NCBI RefSeq assembly: GCF_009834535.1
Contig: NC_045696.1
Coordinates: 38,628,001 to 38,692,000 of the forward strand
Length of the DNA stretch: 64,000 nt
Origin: Camelus ferus
Lineage: Eukaryota
Reading direction: 5' to 3'
Every line of letters begins with the position of its first letter. The stretch's first letter is position 1. A program made the translations under genes and the position numbers. Positions 13,841 to 27,530 of the stretch are shown here, in pieces. The notes beneath the pieces were generated by a model, which saw only the letters and a list, made by a program, of their open reading frames with translations, was not told the origin of the DNA and did no database searches.

Positions 13841-14155
13841 TATTGCTGAGTCCAAACTCGTTCTGCTCGCCACACGACAGGCCAATAAATCCAGAGATGA
13901 GCTGTGTTGGGGCAGGGAATAGCAACTTTATTCGGAAAGCCGGCAGACTGAGAGGATGGCAGACTAATGTCTTGGAGAACCATCCTGCTCTAGTCAGAAT
14001 ACAGGTTCCTTTCATACAAAAAATAAGGGAGGAGGTGTGGTTGATTGTTGTAATCTTCTTGCTGCAGGCATTCTTTGTTCTTGCAGCCATCCCCCTGGGC
14101 TAGGTCATGGTGTCCCTGTAAACCTCTAACAAAACAAAGGTTATTCTCTACTACA
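13841..14155 (-). mobile_element. ERV1-class solo LTR with 4-bp TSD
   Basis: TTTG at 13837-13840 and 14156-14159. Ends ...ctaca, has a reverse polyA signal (ctttattc), and is CpG-rich (young). Confidence 0.8.
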
Positions 14156-16214
14156 TTTGGAGAGAAGAAATATTGCAGTGTAACATGTAGCTGGGAGTAG
14201 AGGTTATAGAATCCACAATATCAAATTATGAGAGGATCACAAATGTCCCTTTAAGTAGGGGGAGGTGGTGGGAAGGAATACTGAAACTATTCTAGGAAAG
14301 CATTTGGGTTAATGCCCACCTGAATCAAGATAGCCTTGGAGTATGCAAAATTGGTATTTTTCTATTATAGTTTCATTCCTTCAGAAAATTTCTTCTGGGG
14401 AGTAACAAGGACACAAATTCAAACTTCCTCTAAGTTTCAGGTCTAGTTTGGTGACAGTCAGACAAACAAATCTCACAGACAGGCACTGATTATTTGAGTG
14501 TGACATTGCTATGAATTCAGACTGCATTTAGTCAGCCTTCAAAGAACCTCTCTTCCATTAACCAAAAATGTGAATATAATGTTATTATTTTAGAAAACCA
14601 GATATACAAGTCAAACATCTAACTTTCTATCCTAAAATGATGAAAGGGTAAATACTATTATATCATGCCTGTGGGTAAGTCTTGCCAGATTTTCGAATAT
14701 AAGTTTCAAGCTAAGAGCTACAACTCTAGTTAGAGTATATTATCTAACCCTTAGCAAGTTTCCCCTTGATCACTGGCCTTATTAAAGTGGTGACTGAGTC
14801 ATACTCCCTGGGGAGAAATGTAAGATTTGCTCATTTTTAAATGCAGATGCAAATACAACCATATCTTTGTCTATTCTTTAAACAATTACATTTTGGGGCT
14901 AGAAGTAGAAACATAATTACCAATTCATAAATTTGCTTCTTCTCTTCTAATACCGTATTGCTGCTTTTTTCATCATGAACTTAATGAGAAAAATCAATAA
15001 ATTAAACAAAAATGCATTTATTTCTTCTGAAAGTTTTGAAGCCTGTAATTGTATGAAAAATCATGTGAAGTTACCTTGAGAGATTTCGTATAAAATACAA
15101 GGTGGCTGTTTACAGAGTGCATTATTTGGCTCCATTTTCCTCCAGGGATTTATTTGGAAATGCTAATAGAGAAAATATGAACCATTCACAGGGTAAGGTG
15201 GAATTAGCAATTTTTCTTGGTATTCAAATCAGGAATTTGGTGGGATTTCCTCCCTGGATAATTCACTCTAATAAATACTTTGGTGAAAGGTGTGTATATA
15301 TTTTTAAACTGCATGTTTTTAAACGTGGTTTTTATTAGACTCCATAGATTTCAAAATATTGTAAGATTATAAAGAAAATTAAACCTTTTTATTTCAGAAA
15401 TATGTAAGCTGCTCTGTTCCCTTGCTGCCTGACTTGATTTGCAGTTTGTTTTTTGTTTTTTTTTTAATGCTGGAAGGAATGTCTAACATTCAAGATATAG
15501 TGTACCCAGAGTTAGGACACCTGTTTTTTTGGAGCAAGATTTTATTTTGTTGGATAAATTAGAAAAATAAAAATGAGTTGGAAGGTAAAATGTTTGCACA
15601 TTTCTAATCCTTAAGACTACTTTTCCAATCATGAGTGAAAGTAGAGAACAAAATCTTTGTGTTAATACCTAAATTGGATTATGGGAAAACGAAAATATTA
15701 TTAACAAATAGTAGTTTACTAAGTATACTTTACCTGCATTAATTCATTTTAATACAAGTTAATTAGCTGCTAGCTAATTCATGATTACCATTTAGATTTT
15801 AACCTCCAACTGGCAACTTAATAAGAACCTGTGATATAAATATATTTAGATATTGATGGAACATTCTAAGTGACTGGACTATTCATTGCTTATTTTATTT
15901 TTCTTCTATTGGTTTTTTAACTTTTGGTGGCTTTTTAGTCAATTCACATTGGTATTTCTGAAATAAAATATTTTCCACATAAGAACAAAAATATACTGTA
16001 ATTTAAAAATCATAAAATAGTTGAAACAAAACTGAACTGGATAGTTCTATCAGCTCTGTCTCTAACTAGTTATAGACCTTGGACAAGCTTGTAAACTTCT
16101 CTTTGCTTTAATTTTTATCAACCAAATTGAAAATGGCCTTATTATATTATTTTTAAACTCTTTTCTAGATCCTTGAGAATCAAAGGAAGTAATACATACT
16201 CTAGTCATAGTGGA

Positions 16215-16440
16215 TTTTGAGAGACCTGTGTTAGAACTCAGGCTTTGATACCAAGTAGCTGTGTGATCATAGGCAACTAGATTTATTTCGCTAAGACTTA
16301 ATTTCCTTGTCTCTTGGGAGAGGAATGATAACAACCACATAAGCTATTATGAGGAAGATATTAAATGAGACTTTTAAATGTAAATCATTTCATTTGCTAC
16401 TAGGAAAGAGTAAGCATTCAATACATAGAACCTACTAAAA
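16215..16440 (+). mobile_element. MIR SINE
   Basis: tagctgtgtgatcataggcaactag...cttaatttccttgtct...atattaaatgaga. Confidence 0.65.
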
Positions 16441-17627
16441 TTGGTATTAATTTCTATATTAGTATCAGTTGGTTTTAAGATGGTACTAGTCCATGCACAG
16501 TAAGACCTTTAAATTTTTTTCACCCAAACAGAATACCATCTTACCCAAACTACAAGCATAATTATCAAAAGGATTATTCTAGTCTATAGATCAAATGGCA
16601 GGGGTAAAGGGTAAAGATAGTAACTAACGTGTAAACCACAGTATAGAACCAGTTCCTACACTTAAAAACTACCATCTACGTCAATATTAACCAATTGATA
16701 CCATCCCATAATATTATTTTATTGTCACTGAAGAAGTTTTAGTATAAGCATATGATAACATTCTAATTTGGAAATTACAAAATTGATGTCTTAAATTATG
16801 ATTTACATAGTTTATGAACTGTAAAACATTTGACATTAAATAAGATACCAGAAGGTTTTTTCCTCCCTAATTAGACATGAATGTACAGTAGTGTGGCCAT
16901 AAACAAGGAAAAATAGTTTCATTATTATTGTATTCTCCAAGTACATATTAGATATATTGATGACAATGCAGACTATATTTTGCTTTGAAACAAGATTCTC
17001 TTCTGTTTAAGACAAGTTTTTTATATATGAGAATAATTCATGAAGCACGATATTCTATTTAGTTTGGCAGATTTATTTCATCACTCTGTAGTTATGGAAA
17101 ATTACTCTGATGTGTCCACCTTTTCACATCTTCCCTCAAGGTTTCATTTTTTTCTTTCTTCATACTCTTTAAAGGCCAGAGTAGATCATACAAGGATACA
17201 CAGCAGCCAAACATTTTCTTTCCCTCATTTACTATCTTGGCATTAGCAATCTTTTCTCTCTAATTATTAATCATTTGTGAAAATAGAGACAAATATAGAA
17301 GTAGAGAAAATATATCGAAAAGTAGACAATGCTGTGGTAAATAATTAAACATTTCATTTACAGAGAGATTCCCAAACAGAGACCATGAGAACCCTCTTAG
17401 TGTTACAGAATTTAAAAATATGAATGGCCATTAGGACAGCTTTAATTTAACTCTCTGAAATATATTAGGAAGTTAGACCCAGAATAATTGCAGCTTGTGT
17501 GACACTGGCCAAGAGCCCAATAGAGGTGTCCTGAATGCAAGGCCAGTCCTCTTCTAACATTCTCTCTTGTCTCAGAGGCTTCCCTTACAGGAAAAGATAC
17601 TGAACATTAACCTCAACTACAGATCAA

Positions 17628-18100
17628 ATGCACTAGTTCTCTATTGCCACATAACAAATTATCCCCAAACTTAGTAGTTTTGAACAATGAATAGGTATCA
17701 TCTCACAAAATCTCTGAGAACCAGGAATCTAAGAGTGGCTTAGCTGGGTGGTTCTATCTCAAGGTTTCCCATAGGATTGCAGCCAAGCTGTTGTGGGCTG
17801 CAGTCAGCTGAAAGCTTAACTGAGGCTGGGCAGCTGTTTATCAAGCTCATTCATGGGATTATGGGCAGAAAGCTTCAGCTGCTCATCACATCTAAACTTG
17901 ATCACATCTAAAAGAGAATGCACATTTAAGACCAAAGAGGCAATGTCTTTAGTTAACTAATCTTAGCGGTTTCTATCACTTCTGTCATATTCTATTGGAC
18001 ACACAGTCCAACCTTGGTATAATATGGGAGGGGATTGCATAATGGTGTAAATGCTAGAAGGAGGGGATCATTAGGGTCTATTTTGGAAGCTGGCCACTGT
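17628..18100 (-). mobile_element. MLT1 (MaLR) solo LTR
   Basis: tagttctctattgccacataacaaattatccccaaacttagtagtttt...ggcttagctgggtggttct...gggtctattttggaagctgg is a classic antisense MLT1. Confidence 0.8.
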
Positions 18101-21100
18101 ATCAGGGTTCTTGGAAGAATCTGGTGCTTTAAATTAGGCTTCAACAGAAAAATTATCTGTGAGGTAAAGGGATGTACCTATTTTGAAATGCCAGTGGTTT
18201 TTAAAACCTACTCTAAAGACTTCAGTGATATGGCCATTTCATTTTGTAGAATTTCCCTGGAAGATTGGACTATACTGTCCAAAATTCAACATATAAAGCT
18301 TAACTTCATACAGTTGGCAGATCTCTTTTTTCCAAATAACTCAGTCATGTCATTTAAAAGCCTGTGTAGTTGATTTTCTGTCTGTAAAATAAAAGTAAAG
18401 TAAACAACCAAACTACATTTCCAAGTAAGCAATCACATGCATGCTCCTCTTTAGGAATGTTAAACAGAAAATTTTACACAAAACTTTAGCCTTATATTCA
18501 GTTATAACTAAGGATTTATCCTGCTTTGACTCTTGCAGGACCTTAACAATTTTTGATAGTTAAATCAGACCAAATTTCACCAAAGCAAAATCCCCTGGTT
18601 TTATGAAAGGATAAAGCCCTCCTTGGAAACAACAGAAGTCTCCTCTCCTTGTATAATCACTCCAGGATAGTAAAGGTATACAGGAAAATAGTTAATATTG
18701 TGTAAATTCTTAAAAATTTAATTTATGAAAGAGATTTCTAAACTTGATTATATGAACCAACATAGTGCTTCTCAAGTCATTAACAAATAAAATATTTTAA
18801 CTTTTTTTCACAAATCAATATTAGTTAAAGTATCATAAGCAAATTACGTGCATAGTTATATATGGAGCCATGGGAAGACCTAATAGGTTATACTCATAGT
18901 ATGGAAAAGGTAGCCCAAAGAGTTACATGAATCTGTGTTTGTGTGTGTGTGTGAGTAAATGGAAAGTTAAATCAAGAAAGATCATTTCTTAAGAAGTTTG
19001 TACCTGAATTTTGTATTCTCTCCTATACTCAAATAAATATCTTAATAAAAGCATGGCTAAAAATTGAAGCATCCCTGCTTCAGCCAGTCCCCTGAAGTCT
19101 GCTATTTATCTTTGTCTTTTCTAATTGTTACTCGGTACATCTCTTTAAAAAGAAATTTCTTTGAGAAAATGCCATATTTTTTTTAATTTAGAAAGATACT
19201 TAACATCCTCAAGATATGCATCAGACCTTTAAAATTTAGGGAAAAAAATAATTACTACAAAAGTGCTCTGGGAGTTAAACTATTACAGCAAAACTCTTTT
19301 GGCTTCTTCCCGCATAGTAAGTGATGTGTAGTAAGCTGCTTCATTTCCCGGCTCTGCTATTATTATCCTGACTCCTCAGGGGAAGACTTAAGTATCTTAG
19401 ATTCTTAAATGAGGGGGGGAAAAACCTAAGTCTGTGTGATGCTTCAAATAAGTAGAAATAATTATGAGGCTTCTCTGACCAGATATAATTTTTACCTTGG
19501 AGAGTAAAGCAAGGCCCCTTGCAGCAGCCATTATTAATGATACTGATATAATTACTACTTGAAAAAAAAAGGAAATCTGCCCAGAAAAATCAATTATAAA
19601 CCACCAAATGTTCCTGGGACTTTTCAGAGAGGTTCTATGCCTACTGTCTCTCATGACCTCTCCATTAAGAGACTGGCTGGCTGTACTCCTAATGGTTTCC
19701 TTCAATTATTTAGAGGGGATTTCTAAGCTTTTGTATTTCATATTAAAATGGTCTGGAGAGAATTTCCTGATTGTCTTTCTTGCAGAACAGAAGAGTCTCT
19801 CTGGGGAAAATGGAGTGCTCCAGGTGGCTTTGCTCTAAAAAGTTTACTCAAAATCCTCTCCAGTTAGCAACGTTAGTCATGCAAACTGATTCTCATAAAA
19901 TGAAGCAAACAATGTATGATGATGTTGCTGTCACTGAAAAATTACAGGAGAAAACAGTTTAAATAGTCACTGGAAATAAGCTGTCTGTATGTAATCTAAG
20001 GCAAGGCGAAGCTGATAGGAGCATCTGCATTTATCACCTTTTTTTTGTTTTTGAACTTATCACATTCTACTTCTCTTAATATTAGTGCATGAGTGTCCGA
20101 TTATAATCATCCAATATCAGTTAGTCTCCAGATGTGAGTGGTGTTTTTAGTTCTGTCTTATCTATTCCTTTGATACCTTGAAGCTTGTAAAATTTTCTAG
20201 AAGAAAATATAGCTGAAGGCAAAATTTGAAATGAAGACAAACTGTATAAAATGGTATAAAATATTTCAGACATGATATTGTTGAGGTTAGGATGTGAATT
20301 TGTGAAAGGACCAAAACAAACTCAAACTGGTCCTGTGTAATGGTTACTAACTTGATCATATATAGATCCTTTGGTTTGAAAAAAATTCTACTGGATTTTT
20401 GACAAAGTTTGCAGACAGGAAGTATTTTTCTTGGTTTTATTAGAAGAACTTATTAAGGAAGTAGTCTGAATTGAATGAGAACTGGAGCTTGTAGGAAATT
20501 CATTTAAGGATTTATTTGGAGCAGACCACAAAATGGACATTTCATGTGCAGTCTCTGATTTCTATCCCATTATTAAATTAGAAGATCCAAAAAAAATGTG
20601 TCTGCAATACATTATCTAAGCTTCTTGAAAAAAATTTCTCCAATCAATTGAAATTCAATAATATGCCTGTATTCTGTCTTCAAAAACATCAGTTGAAGTT
20701 ATTGTCTACTGATTTATTCAATAGCCTTTATTTTAAAAAGCAATTGTGTTTTCCTACTTGAGTATTGTTTGAGGGAAAATCTGTTTTTCTAACTTTAGCA
20801 TTATATTGTTTGTTGTCAAAAATAAAATATATTTCTCAATTTTACTTAATAACCTGACATTCTGAACCCAATTTTTGGCCTAGTACTATAACCTGTGGAA
20901 GACAAAAATCTAAAATACTTACTCCTTTTTATTCTTACAAATGAACACTTTACCCTGTATTAATATTTTGTTTTAATACAGGAAAAAGTGAAGAGCAAAT
21001 ACAAGAAGAGAAGGAAGGAACTAAAATATGTTAGATACCCATTATGTACCAGGTTCTTAGCTACACATTTTTGCTATCTGTCAGCAAATCCAGAATTCTT

Positions 21101-21484
21101 TCCTTTATGTCAAGCTGTCTACTGAAAATTAAATTCAAGACTCTTTTGCAGTCTAAAGTTACATTCAAATTTAGAGTTAAATGAATCTCTGTAATAAAAA
21201 TCCTTTATGGATACAACTTTAAATAATTAAAGAGATCAAAGATTTTCATTTTTGTCTTAGGGATTAACCCAGAATGGGGAGATATTTTAACATTAATAAT
21301 TGTGGCAAAATGAGAAGAGAGGAACATTCCAGGCAAAGGGAACACTTGTGTCAAAACCCAGGACAAAAAAGAAATTCAAGGAATCTGGCAAGTTCAACAA
21401 GGAGACAATTTACTATGGCTTGAGTATACTAAATGAGGAAGGGGAGATGAGATTGAAAGTGTGCAGGAGAAAGCTAAACACATC

Positions 21485-21565
21485 TTTCCCTCCCTTTCTT
21501 TCTTTCCTTCTGTCATCCTCTCCTTTCTTCCCTCCTTTCTTCCTTCCTTTCTTCCTTCCTCCCCT
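21485..21565 (+). repeat. CT-rich (CCTT)n-like simple repeat
   Basis: ctttccctccctttctttctttccttc...cttccttcctttcttccttcctcccc. Confidence 0.75.
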
Positions 21566-22349
21566 GATTCTACGGATATCCATTGAACAACAACATGTGT
21601 GATGTTTAGCACTACAGCTTTATGTTAAAGATGACATTTAAAATTTTAAATAGTCCTTTGGTTAAATATGCTTAAGGTATTATTAACTCTCACTAAAAAC
21701 TTTTTGCCTTTCATGATTATAGAATATTTTCATGTCTTTCATTAATACCATATTAACTTTCAGTGATTTTTTACCCTTAGGAAAGAAATCAGTTTTATAG
21801 CTCTTATTCGCTTATGTTCCTTTCTAAATGCTCAAAAAGAGGTATTTTAAAATGTCTTTCTTTAAAATGTTTGCAATCATAATAATAGTGCATTTGATTC
21901 ATAAATTTAATTTCCCAAAATATTTAGCATGGAATGAGTCCAAAACAAAATATTACATTATTTCAAAATAGAAAGTATTTAAGGAAATGTATGCCATGAT
22001 TAAATGTATATTTAAAACAATTATAACTTTATTTTAAGCATATATGTCAATTACTATGTGAAGAAGATTCTGTAGGGACAAAAGGGAATTGTAAGTTCTG
22101 CAGACGTTTCTATGACTATGTTAGGTTATGAGTCCTTTGGGGATCGTATCTGGTGCATCTTTGCATCTCCAGCAACCAGTACTTTGATAAACTTAGTGTA
22201 ATAATTAAATAAAAATTGAGGAATAAGTGATTGTACTAATGATGATTTGTCACTCTTAAACTTCCATTTTATTTTCTCCTATGTTTATTTTAATTGAAAA
22301 AAAAAGTGCCATGTCACATAGCTTGGTAGAAAGTGGTTTATTGGCTTTT

Positions 22350-25300
22350 AGAATGATGCCAGAGTAGGTATTCTGAAAGGATCTTTCTTTGCAAGATAAG
22401 AAGGGATGAGTAAGACATACTCTTGACAGTAATTTTTATCTTGCAAAAGCTAAAAGAAAGTTTCAAGGACTCACCTTTCCCTGTCCAATAAGAGAGCAAG
22501 AGAGAGAATGGAGGAGAAACAGCTGTCATTCTCGTGCAGTGGACTTTGTCTGAGAGTAGATGGTCTGAAAGCATCACTATCAGGATGAAAGTATTGGACC
22601 ACCAGCTAAAACGGGGAATAGATCCTGGGTCTCCAGTCTTAAGCTAGCTCAAGAGAAACTAAAGTGATGCCATCTGGCTACTCACAGATGTACAAGTAAA
22701 TTCTTTCTGGAGAAGAGCTTTCAAAATTTAGGACTCAAAGACACCACAAATTATGATCAGGCAATAATATCACAATCAAATAACACCAAGCACAGGAAAA
22801 AGCAAGACATGAATGAATCAGCAGAAACAATCAGCAACAGATTTAGAATCCCAAGGACTGCATATGTTAAAGAATCATACATAGAACAGCTATATATGGA
22901 ATGTTAAAAAAATAACAAATGCGATCATGAAAGTGAGAAAAAGACAAGAAGAATAGGCAGATTGGGGGAAAATAGAACTTCTAAAATGAAAAAATATAAA
23001 TATTGTAAGAAAAAATGCAACCAATGGCTTAAAAAGTTACACATTATGTATCTTTACACATATGATAAATAATAAATAGAGACATTTAGTAAACTTGAAG
23101 ATATATATGAAAATATTGCCCAGAAAGCAAAACAAAGAGACAAGTAGAAGGAAAATATAAAAGAAAAATAAAGAGATGTGGAAGATAGAATAACAATATC
23201 TAATATACTCTGAGCTGGATTTGAAGAAAGAACAAACTGAATGAATGGAGAGTGTGTAATACATGAATTATGGCTGTAAATTTTCTAGAACCAGTGAATC
23301 CACAAAGCATGACATATCCAAAATAGGAAAAATAAGAACTCATGTTTCTAGATGTATAGAATGCATGAATTGTATAGTAGAATTGCAGAATATAAAAGAG
23401 ATACAGAAAAAGGGGGCAGTTTTAAAGTTAGTTAAACATATAGACTAAGGAACAATTGACAAAGGAACAATAGTTAGAATTAAAGCAGACTTCTTAGCAC
23501 AACAGAAAACAGAAAATTTAAGAATACTTCCTTCAAAGTTTTGATAGAAAACATTTATCAACCCAGAATCATCTGAGAACAAAGGTAAAATACGACTTTT
23601 AGACATAAATAAAAAGAGTTTGTCACTAAAAGTCCTACCTAAAGGAAATCCTAAGGGATAGTAAGAAGGAAAATGATTTCAAAAGAATAGTGTAAGAAGC
23701 AAGAAGTGAATAAATTAAATAGTAAGCATATACATAAATCTGAACAAACATTACCTGTATGAAATAATAATATTTCAAGAAGAGAACTCAAATACTGGAT
23801 AAAAATAGCATACATGAGTCAAAAAAGAAATCATAAATTTCTTTATGGGAAAGCAGTTCATAAATGGAAATGTGTTCATTAGTGGAAAGAAGTTCTCATA
23901 TTATAAAATAATAAAATTTAAAAAGTAAACCTCTAAGTATTCTACTTATAAATTTAGCAAAAGGGAAAAAAGAATAAATCCAAGGAAAGTGGAAGGAAAG
24001 AAATAATTACAAGAGCAGAAATAGAAATAAAGGAAACAAAGATACAATAGAGATGAACAGACCAAAAGTTGAAAAGATGATCAATTATATAAAATTTAGA
24101 TAGGATGATCAAAACGAAAGAAATAGGAACTAAAAATTAATGATAATAATAATGGGGGTAGAATAACAAATATTGTAGGAGACTGAAAAGATAATGAATT
24201 TACTACGGTCAGCTTTTTATGCAAATAAATGTGAAACCTTGCATTGAACAAAAACAAAAATTTCATTAAAATGTCATTTACTAAATTTGGCCCAAGGAGC
24301 AATAGATAACTTGAATAACTATTTAAATAGTTGTTTATCTATAAATTTGAAACGGGATAAAACTTGTTCTAAAATTAAGAGTTTCTGGCTTTAGATGGTT
24401 TTAAATGCCATTTTACCAAACTATCAAGAAACACATTATTCCAAAAATATGTAAACACTTCCTAAGAACAGAAAACAAAAGAGAATTATCTGAAAGTTAT
24501 TCTATATCACCAGAATAAACGCCTAACTGAGATAGGAGAGCAGAAGAAATAATAACTGCAGGCAAATCTCACTGAGAAAAAACATAGATACAAAATTGTA
24601 GACTAAATATTAACCAAATAATCTAGCAGATTATAAAAGTAGAAAACCAAAAAAATGACTAATTTATTTCAGAAATGCATGATGGTGTTAACAGTAGATA
24701 ATTTATAAATGCAATTTACCATGTTAGTAGATTAAGGGAGAAAGCTCTCTCTGGATGCAGAAAAGGCATTAGATATCTAATATTTATTCTTGAGTATAAT
24801 TCTTAGAGAAATAAGAATATAAATTCCTTAAGGTGATTAAAATCAAGCAAATATACTTCTTCATGAGGAAATGTTAAAACTAAATCTCCTAAACATGGGA
24901 ACTATATAAAATGCCTATTAATATTGCTTCTAATAAATAGTGTAGGATGTAGCCATTTCAATAGATAAAGATAAAATAATAAATAAAATCATATGAATTG
25001 TAAAAAGAAAATTCACATTATCCCACACAATATGAAATTCTCACCAAATTTACATACACATTGTTTAAATAATAAGATTGTAGCAGGGTGCCTGGCTTCA
25101 ATTATATTTCTGCATACCAGTAGCAAAAAGAAGATACAGTTTTTAAAGGAATTACATTACAATAGCAACATCATCTGTAAAATATTTGGGAATAAATCTA
25201 AAATATTTTTCAGTATATGCAAAAGTTTTAAAACTTTATAGAAAGACATTTAAAAACACTCAAATAAATGGAGAGTTGACGTTCAAAGATAAGAGAGATT

Positions 25301-26790
25301 ATCAAAAAGAGGTTGCTTTTCCCCCAAATGATATGTAGACTTGGTGCAATTCTAATAAAAATTCCAGCAAGTTTTTTTTGTAGAAATTGACAGACTGATT
25401 CTAAATTGATATAGCAAAGAAGAAAAAGGGAGGACCGAATGAGCATGACATTGCTAATGAAATTAAGTCAGGGTTCCATGCCTTGACGAATTGAAGAATT
25501 ACTCCAAAGTATAGTCATTAAGGCTGAGTGATATTGCTGTGAATGAAACATCTTGACCAATGTGTCATAATAAAAAACCTAGAAACTGACCTACACACAT
25601 GTGGACCTTAAACATATGATATTGGTGGATTGCAGATCAGTAGGAAAAGTATATCTTATTATGTCTTATTCATTTCCTGGTGCCAGGCAATCTATAATGG
25701 AATAAAAGAAAAAAAGAAAAAGAAAATGGATCCTTACCTCAAATCATTTATGAAAATCAAGTTTAAATATTTTAAGGACATAAATGTGATGGGAAAAGCT
25801 TTTTACATTTTAAAAGAAAAGTATGGAATAATATCTTTTGCACCTTGAGTAAGGGAAAGATTTCATAAATGAGATGCAAATCCTTGCATAAAAGAAAACA
25901 GTAACTTTGATTACATTCATTTTGAGAACTCATTCTTTCAAAAGATCCTATTAAGACTGTATAAAGATAAGCCACAAACTAGGAGAAAATAGCTGCCATG
26001 TATACAATTGTCCAAAATACATAAAGAAATCCTGCAAAACAAGAAAAAGAACAACCCAGTAGAAAATGTCAACCTGTATAAGAAAAGATGCTCAACTTTA
26101 TTAGTAATAAGAAAAATGTGAATTAAGACTGCAATGAGATAAAATTTTACACATATTGATTGCAAAAATTAAGAAATCTGACATTTCTAAAAATTGGAGA
26201 TGATATAGAGCAATAGGAACTCTTACATTTGCAGTGTAAATTGGTAAATCATTTTGGAAAATAATTTTATCAGGTTTTACATTCTCATATCCAGTGACTC
26301 AGCAATTTTTCTGCTGTGTATACCCTAAAAATCTTACGTATGTGGTCAAGAAAATTCCCTAGGATGTTTAAGAATCATTGTTCAAAAAAAAAAATCCAAA
26401 TTTCTGTTTTCAGGAGATGTAAATAAATTGTATATTGAAACAAGTAATGTATATTAGTGAAAGTAAATGAACATTATGTACGAATATACATGAGCATAAT
26501 GTACAAATGAACATGATGAACAAATGTAATGCCACAATATCATAAACATTAGAAACATAATGTAGTCTCAGACGACTACAAACAGTATTACCATATTTGT
26601 AGAAAGCTTGAAAACATACAAAGCTAAACAATATATCATTTATATACTCAACAGGTGTGACAACCCATTTTTTAAGCAAAGATGTATGATCAACACAAAA
26701 TTCAAGTTAGTAAATACTTCTGTGAAAGAGGTAGGGGATTGAATAGGAAGAAACGGAGCTAAATCTAAGTTAATAGTATCGTTGAGACAG
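22350..26790 (+). mobile_element. Large degenerate ancient L1 (L1ME-like): ORF1 remnant, ORF2 remnant and 3'UTR
   Basis: A-rich sense strand. ORF1-end motif ttagaattaaagcagacttcttagca...tcaacccagaat (about 23470-23570). ORF2 motifs gatgcagaaaaggcattaga, ggatccttacctcaaatc and aaaagatgctcaactttattagtaataag. L1ME-type 3'UTR (caggaactcttacatt, gactcagcaatt). No intact ORF. Confidence 0.8.
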
Positions 26791-26855
26791 AAAATAGTTT
26801 GTGTGCCATTGCTCCTGATAGCTCAGAATTTGTATTAATTTAGTATATTTTAAAC

Positions 26856-27530
26856 TAATATTTCCCAAACTATGTGCTCTAGAGCTAGTCTCCATAGGTG
26901 GTTTTTTAAATCACCATAGGGTTGTATCAAGTCAATTTGGAAAATTCAGCATGTATACTTCCACCTCTGTAGTTTAACAAAGCACATGGGCATAATTAAA
27001 TGCTCAGGGAAAACCTGCTTAATTAACCTACTTAATTTTATTTAACCTAGTGCTTTCCAAGTTTATTTGACCTTGGTGGCGGCCGTGAGAGTGCACAATA
27101 TCTCCCTTTGGGAAACTGCTGCAGGGAGTTTCCCCTTAGTTTCCATCGTTCTTCCTGAGCCCCTGGTACTAGCGCCAGGCCTTTCTTGACAAATGCAAAA
27201 CCTGTTTGAGGCTCCCAAATGCCTGGCCAAGACTTTCAGGGTTGTGCTGAGGCATTTTCAACCCAATCCTATTTCTTCACTTCTCTCTTTTCACAGGAAT
27301 CAGACATGCACTGTGATCTGAAAGCTCTCCTTGCCTACTTGATCCCTTTCCTTACACAGATTTACCCTGTACAGGTATTTTCCTCCATAAATATCTTCAC
27401 TTTCACCATCACTTTCAGTCTGCTTCCCAGAAGATTCAAACTTACACAATCATAAGACGTTTTTCTCTTTAGCCATAACGACACATTCCTTGGAAATAAT
27501 GTTTCATAGAAAACTCTTTGGGAAATGATC
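26856..27530. mobile_element. hAT-Charlie-type non-autonomous DNA transposon interrupted by an LTR16
   Basis: Terminal inverted motifs atttcccaaa (about 26860) and tttgggaaat (about 27517-27526), with internal tttaacctagtgctttccaagtttatttgacc. Confidence 0.5.
27075..27448 (+). mobile_element. LTR16-like ERVL solo LTR
   Basis: Starts ggtggcggccgtgagagtgc...tctccc and ends gtctgcttcccagaagattcaaacttacaca. Confidence 0.65.
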
